Part shown: positions 9,510 to 20,019 of the stretch, piece after piece
Layout of the letters: the number at the start of each line of letters is the position of its first letter
Position numbering within the stretch: the first letter of the stretch is position 1
Origin: a virus
Virus record (IMG/VR): IMGVR_UViG_3300042879_003566
Span: 1 to 64,000 of that record
Length of the DNA: 64,000 nt
Reading direction: 5' to 3' (one strand)
Notes under the pieces: model-generated
The model's database searches: none
Told to the model about the DNA's origin: nothing
What the model saw: only the letters and a program-made list of their open reading frames with translations
Position numbers and translations under genes: made by a program

Positions 9510-12149
9510 CTATTCTTCATCAACTTCTATTTTGTCACTACTCTTCTTATCCAGAACATCTCCGTAGTGGATTCGCCACTCCTCTTTATTCAAACCAACT
9601 TCCACGATGGATGGATATTTGGCATATTTCTGATCTGATGCGCGGCATGCAATATTCACGACGCGTGCACCACGCCTTTGCTCCTTGAATTTGTAGACAT
9701 TCAGCTGGAGCTGGTGGACACACACGTCCATCAACAGGGTTTCAAATCGACTGCGCCCCAGGATATTGCTGTTGGATGCCCTGGAGAATTCGCAGTAGCT
9801 GGCATACAGAAACTTATCCCAATTTGCGTACACATTTGAAGTGCCCGGCGCTGCATGCTTAGCCAAGCCAACGGCAGTCGACACACCTGGATCAAAGACA
9901 ACACAGTGCTCCATCCAATCCATGATTTGGTTGGACTTCAGGATCTGCTCACTGTGGTGCTTGGCAAAGAACGCAACCTTCTTGGTGGTTTCCATGAGGT
10001 ATTCGCGCATCTCCGCTTCCGTCATGTCGAGCACCCAATTCACCAACCCAGGGAGAAGAGATGCAAAATCCCCGAAAGGATGTCCGTTATCGTCCATGTC
10101 AATGAGGACGCGCTGTTCTGCAGAGCTGCCAGTAAAAGGCCGATCAAAAGGAATGGTGAGGCGACGACGAGCCAAACCAGAAGTTGGGTCAGTAGTTTGA
10201 ATGGGTTCATTGGCAGTGATGATGACAAGTCCGTTGAACTTGAAGGGCTTCTGCGAGCCAGCCTGGAACTTGCGCTCCTTACGAATCAAGTCGCGTCCGG
10301 TGACTGCTTTGAGTACAGAAACCGAGCCACCATATCGCTCCACATCATTGAAGAGCAGAAGCTTTTTCTTGTAGAGATTCGCAGTTTCAAAGCGGTTCTT
10401 CTCCAGGTGCTCCAGGGAGGAGATCATGGCATTTTCATCACCGACCAATGCGTGGGCCAGGTTGGCATAGGTCGACTTGCCGGACTTACCAGGGCCAACG
10501 ATCTCAACAAACTTTTGGATTTCCGAATGGCTTAACAGGACTGCCCGCAACCATGCCCGCAGAACCTGGACCCGACCCCAGTTATCTTCTTGCGCCTGCT
10601 TCAACCACTTAATGATTGGTTCACAAGTTGCGCTGGGCTCATAGTTGTATGGAAGCTGTTGGGTCATGTAGCGATCCCGATCAAACGGCATCAGCTCCCT
10701 GGACTTCACATCCAGAATCCCATTGGTGAACAGCAGGTAGTCGTTGCCTTCATACCAGTCGTCATAAATGGTGGTGATCCGAAGCTGCTCCATGACATCG
10801 TTGATCAGGTTCATGCTGTAGCCATTGGGCAAGCGATGAGCCTTGATGCGTTCCAGCTGGTCCTTGATGGAACCCTTCATCTCAACATCGGACACATGAG
10901 ACCAAAGCCCAGGCTTCCGATATTCATAAATGTAAAAAGAACCTTGATTTTCGCTGTATTTCAGATTTTCCCCATACATTTGCAGCAGCTCATCCGACAC
11001 CACATCCGATGAAGGGTTACGCGGCTTCGGTTCTTTTTTCCCTTGCGGGGCCATTTTCATTATGTTCTTTTTGCCCTGAGGCGCCCAGGCTTGCCGTACT
11101 TCTTCGCCAATCGACTCCAGGGGGAGAGACGTTACACCGAGCTGATCCATACCGATTTGATTTACAAGATTTGAAACATGTTCCAGCATTGAATCATCTA
11201 CGTTCATGGCACGATGATCTTGTGAAGGCTCCCAGCCCTGCTCCTTCGCTACATGCAGCAAAGAGCCAAGTCCCCTGCCACCATCACGGTTGAAGGAAAG
11301 CCACCGCCTGTGGCACTCACCTTCCCGGTATTTATCCGACTGCTTGGACCATTCGTCCCATACATCCAGCAGTGATTCATCCAGCTGGTGGAGCGTCTGA
11401 CCAACTGTGATCCAGATGTCGTAATCATCAGCCGCTTCCGGCGGCATACCCCAAGTTGCTTCTGTCGCGAGCTTGATGTCTCGCTCCAGTTCAATGACAC
11501 TGTTGATTGCAAAGTTGGGGCCGACAAGTCTAGTGGTCTCCTTGGCGGGCACCCCCTGTTTGACATTTTTATTAATGATGGCGTTCAGCAGCCAGTCCGG
11601 TAGCTCAGGCAACCGATCAACCCACTCAAAACCCTGGTCTTCTGCGGTGTAATAACCCTCAGTTTCTGGGTGCAGGCCCATGAGCACACCCTGGTGCTTG
11701 CGCCACAGAATTTCAAGTTTTTCGCGGTTTGCTTCGCCGTGCCACGTATATTTGTTACGCGCAAAATGTTTATGTTTCTCCCGATCTAGTCGATAAAGCT
11801 TCCGTTCGCGCCCCTCTTTACCACTGAGGATTGTCAGTGTTGGGGGTAGAGCTTCTGCAAATGACTTACCAGCGATTGCTTCGACAAGCGGATAGATGCT
11901 CGGTCCATCAACATCCACCCAGACCAGACCATAAGGATGATTGAAAGCAGGGCCGCCGAGTAGGCCGATAGCTTTGCATTTGCCACCGACGATTTCCTCT
12001 TCAATTTCCTTGACACCAAACGGACTACCCTGCCATCCCTGGATGTACGGATCTTTTTTGGCACCAAGCGGCGTAAGCGGCCAGTCAAGGGGAATGTAAT
12101 CAAGGCGAATCTCTCCGGGCCGAAGCGCCTGCTGGTTCATGCTCGTCAT
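9510..12149 (-). CDS. Primase-polymerase / PriCT-2 / D5-like SF3 helicase
   Basis: N-terminal DVD prim-pol motif; DYDIWITVG...WDEWS (PriCT-2); FTNGILD (D5_N); Walker A GPGKSGKST. Confidence 0.9.
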   Translation of the reverse strand: MTSMNQQALRPGEIRLDYIPLDWPLTPLGAKKDPYIQGWQGSPFGVKEIEEEIVGGKCKAIGLLGGPAFNHPYGLVWVDVDGPSIYPLVEAIAGKSFAEALPPTLTILSGKEGRERKLYRLDREKHKHFARNKYTWHGEANREKLEILWRKHQGVLMGLHPETEGYYTAEDQGFEWVDRLPELPDWLLNAIINKNVKQGVPAKETTRLVGPNFAINSVIELERDIKLATEATWGMPPEAADDYDIWITVGQTLHQLDESLLDVWDEWSKQSDKYREGECHRRWLSFNRDGGRGLGSLLHVAKEQGWEPSQDHRAMNVDDSMLEHVSNLVNQIGMDQLGVTSLPLESIGEEVRQAWAPQGKKNIMKMAPQGKKEPKPRNPSSDVVSDELLQMYGENLKYSENQGSFYIYEYRKPGLWSHVSDVEMKGSIKDQLERIKAHRLPNGYSMNLINDVMEQLRITTIYDDWYEGNDYLLFTNGILDVKSRELMPFDRDRYMTQQLPYNYEPSATCEPIIKWLKQAQEDNWGRVQVLRAWLRAVLLSHSEIQKFVEIVGPGKSGKSTYANLAHALVGDENAMISSLEHLEKNRFETANLYKKKLLLFNDVERYGGSVSVLKAVTGRDLIRKERKFQAGSQKPFKFNGLVIITANEPIQTTDPTSGLARRRLTIPFDRPFTGSSAEQRVLIDMDDNGHPFGDFASLLPGLVNWVLDMTEAEMREYLMETTKKVAFFAKHHSEQILKSNQIMDWMEHCVVFDPGVSTAVGLAKHAAPGTSNVYANWDKFLYASYCEFSRASNSNILGRSRFETLLMDVCVHQLQLNVYKFKEQRRGARVVNIACRASDQKYAKYPSIVEVGLNKEEWRIHYGDVLDKKSSDKIEVDEE

Positions 12150-12154
12150 TTTTT

Positions 12155-12355
12155 CTACTGCTTAACTTCCACTTTAAAGTTTTTATCCGCGAAACCCTGT
12201 TCTTTCACCAATGTATAAGCATGGAGATGCATCATGGTGGGCAGATAAAAACAGTCCCCATCATCCGCACTGGCCATGCGAACCATGAGGCTATTTATCC
12301 ACTCACCTACGGAGACATGGATGTCCATAGGTCTTGGAATTGAGCGTTTCTTCAT
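12155..12355 (-). CDS. Hypothetical protein
   Basis: 66-aa ORF abutting the primase start. Confidence 0.5.
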   Translation of the reverse strand: MKKRSIPRPMDIHVSVGEWINSLMVRMASADDGDCFYLPTMMHLHAYTLVKEQGFADKNFKVEVKQ

Positions 12356-12510
12356 CCTACGGCCGGAAATTCAGGGGGTGATTATCCGTTCCTTAAGATA
12401 AGTTAGTCTCATTGGACTCATAACAATCGTTAAATTTACCTTTAATCCTTCGCAAGAAATTAATTTATTGTTGATTAATTTATATTAAAATATAAAAAAT
12501 ACTTCTTGAC

Positions 12511-12762
12511 ATGGGCGCGGATCGTTCTTCCCCAAAAGTCACTTTGGCGGGCACTGGCTTTACCGGTGGTGGCCCCGCTGCATCTTCTTCTGCGTCTACT
12601 GCTCGAGAATCACAATCACGGATGAAGGCCTACACCGACCGACAGTATAGAGAGGCACAGACGCGAGAAAAAATGAAAGAGAGAGAGGCACAGACGCGAG
12701 AAAAAATGAAAAAGCAGGAAGCCTTGGCTCGCTCCCAAGTTGCGCGACGCCCGTTTAAGTAA
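12511..12762 (+). CDS. Small basic protein with internal duplication
   Basis: AT-rich promoter-like region upstream; REAQTREKMK present twice. Confidence 0.5.
   Translation: MGADRSSPKVTLAGTGFTGGGPAASSSASTARESQSRMKAYTDRQYREAQTREKMKEREAQTREKMKKQEALARSQVARRPFK
12649..12711 (+). repeat. 30-bp direct repeat, period 33
   Basis: AGAGAGGCACAGACGCGAGAAAAAATGAAA at 12649-12678 and 12682-12711. Confidence 0.9.
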
Positions 12763-12770
12763 ATTATTGG

Positions 12771-13061
12771 TTAGTTGTCATTACTAGAATCGACTACACC
12801 ATCCGACTTGTACCACGGAGCCCTTAGTTCCATGGCGCCACCCAAATCTTTGGAGGCACCCGTCTGAAGCTCAGGATCAATTGGGTGTTCGATGTAGATC
12901 GGCTTGTTCTTCTCTTTTAGTTCCAATTCGGCAGCAACACGATTGTCAAATTCAATCATGTCGAGACGGGCCTTGAGCTTGGCGGCAAACCAAATGCGCT
13001 TCCACCAAGCGACCAGTTCCTTAACAATGTCTTTAAATAAGGTCCGCATCATACTCGCCAC
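12771..13061 (-). CDS. Hypothetical protein
   Basis: 96-aa ORF following the exonuclease. Confidence 0.5.
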   Translation of the reverse strand: MASMMRTLFKDIVKELVAWWKRIWFAAKLKARLDMIEFDNRVAAELELKEKNKPIYIEHPIDPELQTGASKDLGGAMELRAPWYKSDGVVDSSNDN

Positions 13062-13851
13062 TCTCCTCCACTTGTTTGTAGTACTCTTCTACTATTTTGT
13101 ACCAATCATCCCTTAAGGAATTCAAAAAATTCCTGGAGATCTTGAAGACCTGAGTACGTACAGGCGTCGAAACCAGGATGGCCGCCTGCTGGACACGCAT
13201 CCCAAGGGTCTGTTCAATAGCTATGTCATACGCAGCCAACTGTTTGCACGTCTTCTTGAATTTCATGTGGCCGCCGAGGAGGTCTCTCCATTCAGGCGAA
13301 CCCTTCTCCAGGTCCTTGGGCCACTTACGGCTATAGGGTTTGACGCTGGTTTTCAAGTCAGCAAGAGTAAGCTTGTTACCGACCACGCCAATGATGTCAG
13401 GAGCACCAGCCCAGGAACGTCCCTGGTCATCGCAACCCCACACACGAGCCACGTCATCAGCACCAATAGTAAAATCAAACTTGTCAAGTACCGGTGATTC
13501 CGCCCAAAGGACCTCCTCGAACTGGTCCAATATCGGCGGCATTCCCGACCAAAAGTCCCCGTAGTCTTCAGGGATTTCCGGAGTTTTATTCCCCTTAAGG
13601 TATTGTTCCATCCCATAGTGAACAGCTGTCCCCCGCTCTGCAGCGGCCTCTTTAACTCCAGGGTTTGCCTTGGACCACATTTCCAACTTCCTTTTGTTGG
13701 CTTCAGATGCGGTCTCCGAAATGATTGTTGTTACCGAAGGAGCAGGCCCAGTTGGCAACGGGGTAACGTAATGGCGCTTACCGTTAAGCGTAATTCGGGC
13801 AGGACCTTTGTTTAAATGGGTTAACTTATCCCGCCAGTTGTTAGCCACCAC
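13033..13851 (-). CDS. PD-(D/E)XK exonuclease
   Basis: PSVTTI...RGTAVH...AGAPD...LADLKTS...QLAAY. Confidence 0.85.
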   Translation of the reverse strand: MVANNWRDKLTHLNKGPARITLNGKRHYVTPLPTGPAPSVTTIISETASEANKRKLEMWSKANPGVKEAAAERGTAVHYGMEQYLKGNKTPEIPEDYGDFWSGMPPILDQFEEVLWAESPVLDKFDFTIGADDVARVWGCDDQGRSWAGAPDIIGVVGNKLTLADLKTSVKPYSRKWPKDLEKGSPEWRDLLGGHMKFKKTCKQLAAYDIAIEQTLGMRVQQAAILVSTPVRTQVFKISRNFLNSLRDDWYKIVEEYYKQVEESGEYDADLI

Positions 13852-14003
13852 GGAAAGTTTTGTATATTGTTAATATCTTACCCAATAATTAAGGAGAATG
13901 GAATGGGCGGTTTTACCCCGAGCATTATGACGATCCTTGGCGCTATCCTTGTGCTTGTAGGTATTGATGCCTATATCTTCATTCACGAAGTTATGTCTCG
14001 GCA

Positions 14004-14252
14004 ATGAAAAAAATTTGGTGGACAATCCAAGGCTACGCCTCGTGTTTCGGCTGGATGGTTGCCGCCATTTGGGAGTGGATGCTGGAGGAATGCGGAGAGA
14101 TTCGCTTCTGGAAACGGTACGAAAACCTCGATGATCACATCTGGTATGCCGAGCGGGTCAACGGTCGCCTCGCCATGGTGACCCTCACAATCACACTAAT
14201 CTTAGAATTAGTCTCACACCATTCAATTTGGGACTTGTTATATGGGCATTAA
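14004..14252 (+). CDS. hli: High-light-inducible protein (HLIP)
   Basis: AERVNGRLAM chlorophyll-binding motif followed by a TM helix. Confidence 0.75.
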   Translation: MKKIWWTIQGYASCFGWMVAAIWEWMLEECGEIRFWKRYENLDDHIWYAERVNGRLAMVTLTITLILELVSHHSIWDLLYGH

Positions 14253-14417
14253 TCTGACGCGCTTCTACTTCGACATCGACGAGGAATGCCGTACAGGCTG
14301 TGTCAATAATCTTGCGTTTCAAGACGTTGAGACAGGGGAGGCCGACGAATTGGAAGAGGATCTGAAGGTGCAGAACATCAACTACATTAGGGTTGATCTT
14401 TAAACGGTCCTCAACCC

Positions 14418-15929
14418 ATGAAGGTTGACCCCAAGGACATCCACCTTTACGCCGTCGCACACGACAACAAACCAGTCACATTCAAGAGCGTTGCTTCGGT
14501 GCATCGGTTTGATGCAACGCATGGGTACAAGGGAGAGCTGAATCCCTACTGGTCTGAGCTGACGTGCATGGAGTGGATGGCACTTGAGTGCCCGCACGAG
14601 TTCATGGGTGTTGCCAACTACCGGCGTTGTTTTACCGACGAAGCACTCTCCAATTCATACGACGAAACCCTTTACGTACCGCAACGTTTCTACCTGCATA
14701 CGTCCGTCAGCGAGCATTGGCACGGCTGCCACTCCCCGACGTACCAAATTCCGAATCAAACGTTGGCTCTAGCCAAGAAGCACAAACTTCCCATCCCAGA
14801 GGGCATGCTGTCTGACTTCTGGAATGGCAACAGATTGCATCCAATCTTGATGCATTACGGGCGTCGGGATCTTGTCAAGCGATTCACCGGCCTTCTGTTC
14901 TCCTGCATGATGCCTATCTGGGAAGCATACAAGGATGAGTACGCACACCTGGAGGGCTACCCCCAACGTTGGCTTGGTTACTTAACAGAGCGAATTCAAA
15001 GTGCAATTATCATCAATTCAACATATTTCTTTGGGAATATGAAGGTTGAGGAAACGCCCATGGTGATGGTAGAAAACGGAAGAACGCATGAATTTGCTGG
15101 TCTTGCGCCGCCGGATCTACTCATCAAGGACAAAGATGGTTACCATCATTTCGGACAGCTTAATACACAGCCCGAAACCATGGAAGAAACTACTGAAGCC
15201 ATTGAGTTAATGGCGACTGTTGTGGTGAATGGTGCCGAGAATTTATTGAAGCATTACAACTCGATTGACTATCCGGTTGAGCGTTACGTTGTCGTCAATA
15301 ATTCCGAGCATCGATTCCCGGAGGTCACCAAAGCACTCGAAGACATTTGTAATGGTTCCAACACATTTGTCGAAGAAGTAATCGTCATCAACAATTGTTT
15401 TAACGCAGGTTTTGCCGGCGCAATCAACCAGATCATCAAGCAGAACGTCGACTGCAATTATTGGTTCATCACCAATGATGACTGGCATGTTGCCCCAGGC
15501 GAACTGAAGCGCCTCGCCACACGTCTCCAGTACGAATTCACAGGTGTTCTGTGCGAAGGAGGAGACCTTAACGGTTATTCCGCCTTCGTCATGAGTGATG
15601 AGATGGTGTCGCGTGTCGGCTTAATGGACGAAAATTTCTACCCCGCCTACTGCGAAGACAATGATCATCGCTACCGCATGAAACTTGCGGGCCTGACCTG
15701 GGATCGATTCCCCTTGGAAGCTGAGCACGTCATCAGTAGTACGCTGCACAGCCGCAAGGAATTTGAGGAGCGCAACAAGTACACCTTCTCGCAGAACATT
15801 AAGTATTACATCGAGAAGTGGGGAGGCGACCGTGGTATGGAGGTGTTCACCACCCCTTTTAATTCAGGTGCACCCCTTGACTATTGGCCATACCGACCTG
15901 ATCGCATCTACGACCAAGCCTGGATGTGA
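14418..15929 (+). CDS. DUF4422-like / GT2 glycosyltransferase fusion
   Basis: LNPYWSELT...G.ANYRR...R.LGYLTER (N-half); NAGFAGAIN...NDD...GLMDENFYPAYCEDND (GT-A). Confidence 0.75.
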   Translation: MKVDPKDIHLYAVAHDNKPVTFKSVASVHRFDATHGYKGELNPYWSELTCMEWMALECPHEFMGVANYRRCFTDEALSNSYDETLYVPQRFYLHTSVSEHWHGCHSPTYQIPNQTLALAKKHKLPIPEGMLSDFWNGNRLHPILMHYGRRDLVKRFTGLLFSCMMPIWEAYKDEYAHLEGYPQRWLGYLTERIQSAIIINSTYFFGNMKVEETPMVMVENGRTHEFAGLAPPDLLIKDKDGYHHFGQLNTQPETMEETTEAIELMATVVVNGAENLLKHYNSIDYPVERYVVVNNSEHRFPEVTKALEDICNGSNTFVEEVIVINNCFNAGFAGAINQIIKQNVDCNYWFITNDDWHVAPGELKRLATRLQYEFTGVLCEGGDLNGYSAFVMSDEMVSRVGLMDENFYPAYCEDNDHRYRMKLAGLTWDRFPLEAEHVISSTLHSRKEFEERNKYTFSQNIKYYIEKWGGDRGMEVFTTPFNSGAPLDYWPYRPDRIYDQAWM

Positions 15930-15932
15930 ACC

Positions 15933-16799
15933 ATGACAATCAGTATTTACGGCGGGACCGGAATCCTGGGAAGCTATTACCGAAATATTTTCCCTACTTT
16001 GCTTGTACCGCGAAACCAGCTGGTACCTGAAAGCGAAGACGTGTTGTATCTCATCAGCACGACCGACAACTTCTCCTATCGAGAAGATCCGCTCGTCGAT
16101 GTCAATACCAATTTGGTTGCATTGATGGAACGGTTAGATCGCTGCCGTGCACACGGGATCCACACTTTTAATTTCATCAGCAGTCATTTTGTTTATGGCC
16201 CTAATCACCGCAAACCCATGGAGTTTGCCACTTGCGAACCCAACGGATTTTATTCGGTGACCAAGCGTACCGCAGAAAAACTAATGATGGAATATTGCAC
16301 CACTTTTGGAATCAAGTGGCGCATCCTGAGAATTGGCAATGTGTATGGCGGCCCCGACTCTGGTTCAAACAAAAGGAATGCCTTACATTTCTTAATTAAT
16401 AAGTTGAGAATCGGGGCAGAAGTCATGGTGGATCGAGAGGTATCCCGGGACTTCATGCATATCTTCGATGTGTGTGGCGCCATCCATCGCATCTGTACAG
16501 ACGGTGAGTACAACACGATTTACAACGTGGGTACCGGCATTGAAACACGTCTGCTTGATTGCGTGTATAAGGCAAAACAAATCCTGAAATCTACGTCAGA
16601 AATTTATCTGACTGAAACACCGCCCGATTATCCGCAAGCTGTACGATTTAGCCTAGACTGCACCAAGCTTTACGACCTGGGCTTTACACCCAGCATCTCT
16701 CTAGAGGAAGGACTTCAAGACCTATGTTTAAGTCAAAGGTTATGTACTCCGGACCGTACTTTGACGGACAAGAAATTGAAGCAGCAGTCAAGGCCCTGA
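15933..16799 (+). CDS. NAD-dependent epimerase/dehydratase
   Basis: GGTGILG; YSVTK; LRIGNVYG; RDFMHIFDV. Confidence 0.85.
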   Translation: MTISIYGGTGILGSYYRNIFPTLLVPRNQLVPESEDVLYLISTTDNFSYREDPLVDVNTNLVALMERLDRCRAHGIHTFNFISSHFVYGPNHRKPMEFATCEPNGFYSVTKRTAEKLMMEYCTTFGIKWRILRIGNVYGGPDSGSNKRNALHFLINKLRIGAEVMVDREVSRDFMHIFDVCGAIHRICTDGEYNTIYNVGTGIETRLLDCVYKAKQILKSTSEIYLTETPPDYPQAVRFSLDCTKLYDLGFTPSISLEEGLQDLCLSQRLCTPDRTLTDKKLKQQSRP

Positions 16800-17941
16800 G
16801 GGAAGGAAGCTGGTACCCGGCTGGAGAAGAGGTTGACAAATTTGAAAAACAATTTTCCAAACGTTTTAATTTCACTTCATCTTTGATGGTGAATAGCGGC
16901 AGTTCCGCCAACCTGGTGATGATTGCCGCCTTAAAAAAATATTTTGATTGGCCGGATGGCGCCGAGATTATCGTCAGCGTTGTCGGCTTCCCCACCACCG
17001 TCAACCCCATCATCCAAAATGGTTTAGTCCCCAGGTTCGTTGATATCACCTGGCACGACTTGAATTGGAGTCTGCAACAAGTCAAGGAGGCAATCAATGA
17101 GAACACCGTTGCCGTTTTTAGTAGTCCTGTATTGGGCAATCCTTATGACCTTGACCACCTCCTTGATCTCTGCGAACAACATTCACTGAGGTACATCGCG
17201 GACAACTGCGACTCCCTTGGGTCCAAATGGAAAGGCGAGTACCTGACGGAGTATGCCGTTGCTGCATCGTCGTCTTTCTATCCGGCGCACCACATCACCA
17301 CATTGGAAGGTGGGATGGTGTCATCCAAGATTCCTGAGATTGTGCATCTTGCCCGTCAGTTTGCATGGTGGGGACGCGACTGTTATTGCGTCGGCTCATG
17401 CAACCAGTTGATCAACGGTAGTTGCGGCAAGCGTTTTGATCAATGGCTGGAAGGGTACGACGGTGTGGTCGACCACAAGTATGTGTTCAGCCAAATTGGG
17501 TACAACTTAAAACCGATTGACTTGCAGGGTGCTATCGGCCAGGTGCAACTGACCAAATTCGACGAGATCCACGAGAAGCGCAGGGCAAATTACGAACGCA
17601 CCAAGCAACTCCTTAGCAAGTTGGACAAGGACTTGCGTGTCGTGGAGGAAGAACCAATGGCCGAAACCTCTTGGTTCGGTGTGCCAATCGTCTGCTTTGA
17701 CAAGACATTCAAGCGGGAGCTCCAGCTGTACCTAGAAGCCAATGGCATCCAAACGCGCAACTATTTTGCCGGCAATCTTCTGTTGCATCCCGCCTACAAA
17801 CACCTGGGCGATGCCAAAGATTATCCCAATGGTTATGACGTTTTAAGTCGTGTGTTCTTTATGAGCACTGCACCGATACTCACTGATGAAAACTTTGAGT
17901 ATATTGACGAAATAATCTCCAGCTTTGGCGCGGCATACTGA
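16724..17941 (+). CDS. rfbH: DegT-family PLP enzyme, RfbH-like (CDP-4-keto-6-deoxyglucose 3-dehydrase type)
   Basis: VNSGSSANL; SFYPAHHITTLEGG (His at the cofactor site); WGRDCYC...C; YDG..DHKY. Confidence 0.8.
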   Translation: MFKSKVMYSGPYFDGQEIEAAVKALREGSWYPAGEEVDKFEKQFSKRFNFTSSLMVNSGSSANLVMIAALKKYFDWPDGAEIIVSVVGFPTTVNPIIQNGLVPRFVDITWHDLNWSLQQVKEAINENTVAVFSSPVLGNPYDLDHLLDLCEQHSLRYIADNCDSLGSKWKGEYLTEYAVAASSSFYPAHHITTLEGGMVSSKIPEIVHLARQFAWWGRDCYCVGSCNQLINGSCGKRFDQWLEGYDGVVDHKYVFSQIGYNLKPIDLQGAIGQVQLTKFDEIHEKRRANYERTKQLLSKLDKDLRVVEEEPMAETSWFGVPIVCFDKTFKRELQLYLEANGIQTRNYFAGNLLLHPAYKHLGDAKDYPNGYDVLSRVFFMSTAPILTDENFEYIDEIISSFGAAY

Positions 17942-18486
17942 TGGAAGTTAAACCGCTTGCGATACCGGAAGTCAAGTTGATTTCCTTAGATGCATTCCCG
18001 GATGATCGCGGTTCTTTTACTGTGCATTGGCACGAAGAAGAATTTAAGGAAGCAGTAGACGGCCATGTCTTCCGTCAGGATAGTTATGTGACCTCAGTGC
18101 CCCATGTGGTGCGTGGCTTGCATTATCAATTGCCACCCCACGCGCAAGGTAAGTTGGTTCGTTGTTTATCTGGTAGCATCCAAGATGTAGCCGTAGACAT
18201 TCGGATGTCTTCCCCTACCTTTGGTATGTGGGTTGACGTGCACCTCTACGCGCACAACAACGAAGCCCTGTGGATCCCCCCTGGGTTTGCACATGGGTAT
18301 GCCTCCTTATCAGAAGGTGCAACAGTCTTCTACAAAATCACGGAAGTTTATACACCAAGCCACGAGCACAGCTTGTTGTGGAACGATCCATACATTGACA
18401 TCTTGTGGAATGTACCAAGAAACCCTATTGTTTCTGAAAAGGATTCCAAAGGGAAAGGACTTACAGAAGCCCAGTTATTTGAATAA
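17941..18486 (+). CDS. rfbC: dTDP-4-dehydrorhamnose 3,5-epimerase
   Basis: DDRGSF; RGLHYQ; QGKLVR; DIRMSSPTFG; WIPPGFAHG. Confidence 0.9.
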   Translation: MEVKPLAIPEVKLISLDAFPDDRGSFTVHWHEEEFKEAVDGHVFRQDSYVTSVPHVVRGLHYQLPPHAQGKLVRCLSGSIQDVAVDIRMSSPTFGMWVDVHLYAHNNEALWIPPGFAHGYASLSEGATVFYKITEVYTPSHEHSLLWNDPYIDILWNVPRNPIVSEKDSKGKGLTEAQLFE

Positions 18487-19460
18487 TGGAAAACATTTTA
18501 GTTACCGGTGGCGCCGGGTTTATTGGTAGGCATCTCATTGCCCATCTCCTTGAGACGCCTGATGTTCGCGTCATTAACTTCGACAAGCTGGGCTATGCCA
18601 GTAACGCAGCTCCCATTATGGGAGCCCGTCATGTGAACACCCATTATGAATTAATGGTCGGGGATCTTCTTGATGAAGAATTCCTGAATTGGGTGGTAGA
18701 AGAAAATCAACCCACCAAGATTTACCACCTGGCTGCCGAGAGCCACGTCGATAACTCGATTGCTTCTCCGCGTGAGTTCATCCAAAGCAATGTGGTGGGC
18801 ACCTTTAATTTGCTGGAAGCATGCCGCAGCAAGCTAAAGGATTCTTTTAAGTTCTTGCATGTCAGCACCGATGAAGTGTATGGGAGCTTGCATCCCGACA
18901 GCACCGACACTTATTTCGTGGAGACATCGCGCTACAACCCGAGGTCCCCGTACTCTGCCAGTAAAGCTGGGAGTGACCACCTGGTGATGGCATGGCACAA
19001 CACTTACAACTTCCCTGCCGTCATTACGAACTGCAGCAATAACTATGGGCCAGGCCAGTATCCCGAGAAGTTAATCCCGATGACAATCACCCGTGCATTG
19101 GCGGGCAAACCAATCACGATCCACGGTGAAGGGAAGAACATTCGCGATTGGCTCCACGTCAAGGATCACGTCAAGGCCTTGGCGCTTGTGATGGAAGAAG
19201 GTGCGTTGGGCCAGCAGTATTGCATTGGCGGCTTTGGTGAGCGGACCAATGTTGAGGTCGTGGAGATGATCTGCGAACTCCTGGATGAACTGAAGCCCAT
19301 CTACTGCCCATACTCCGATTACATTACGCACGTCAAAGACCGTCCCGGTAATGATCTGCGGTATGCGATTGACCCACGCAAGATTCAAGAACTTGGCTGG
19401 CGTCCTGATTATGAATTTGAAGATGGCCTACGAGAAACAATTCTTACGTACTTGTCTTAA
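18486..19460 (+). CDS. rfbB: dTDP-glucose 4,6-dehydratase
   Basis: TGGAGFIG; HLAAESHVD; HVSTDEVYG; PYSASKA; NCSNNYGP; DRPG.D.RY. Confidence 0.92.
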   Translation: MENILVTGGAGFIGRHLIAHLLETPDVRVINFDKLGYASNAAPIMGARHVNTHYELMVGDLLDEEFLNWVVEENQPTKIYHLAAESHVDNSIASPREFIQSNVVGTFNLLEACRSKLKDSFKFLHVSTDEVYGSLHPDSTDTYFVETSRYNPRSPYSASKAGSDHLVMAWHNTYNFPAVITNCSNNYGPGQYPEKLIPMTITRALAGKPITIHGEGKNIRDWLHVKDHVKALALVMEEGALGQQYCIGGFGERTNVEVVEMICELLDELKPIYCPYSDYITHVKDRPGNDLRYAIDPRKIQELGWRPDYEFEDGLRETILTYLS

Positions 19461-19653
19461 GTACGGTTAACTTAACTGCTAGTATTGGGTATACCACATT
19501 GTCGCCCCATGGAAAAGTTGCAAAAATATGATGAGGTTATGAGAGAGGGCGCACAGTTCCTCGACAACCATAACCAGCTCTTACAAAGTTTACTTATCTC
19601 AAGGCACAATGCTGGTAACAATACCCCTACTCAGGACACCCCGGGAATCGGAA

Positions 19654-19860
19654 ATGAGTCTGTCGAACCAGGTTAAGCAATCGGTCAACGAAGCAGCCGG
19701 TGTGCTGCGAGAAGCGTTGGCCTTTGCTGCACGCACCGAACATCCTGTGGTGATTAGCAGCATCACCGATATCCTGGTCCGACTGGAATCCCTGGAGCAG
19801 ATGGAAGAAATTATGGAGAAGTTCGGCAAGAACCATAACTTGCCCACGTCCCTTGGCTGA
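19654..19860 (+). CDS. Small hypothetical protein of cyanophage type
   Basis: MSLSNQVKQSVNEAAGVLREALAFAARTEHP. Confidence 0.55.
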   Translation: MSLSNQVKQSVNEAAGVLREALAFAARTEHPVVISSITDILVRLESLEQMEEIMEKFGKNHNLPTSLG

Positions 19861-20019
19861 ACGTTACTCGGAAGAGCAACGACTTCAGGATTTTTTCTGG
19901 AAGCTGGAAAGCTTGATTCCTAATCCACCGAAAGACTGGCAGAAACTAGCCAAGCCCTGCAAGTGGAAAAAGATTCTTGAAGACAAAGAAAAAGGTAAGA
20001 AGGAATAATGGTATCTTTA

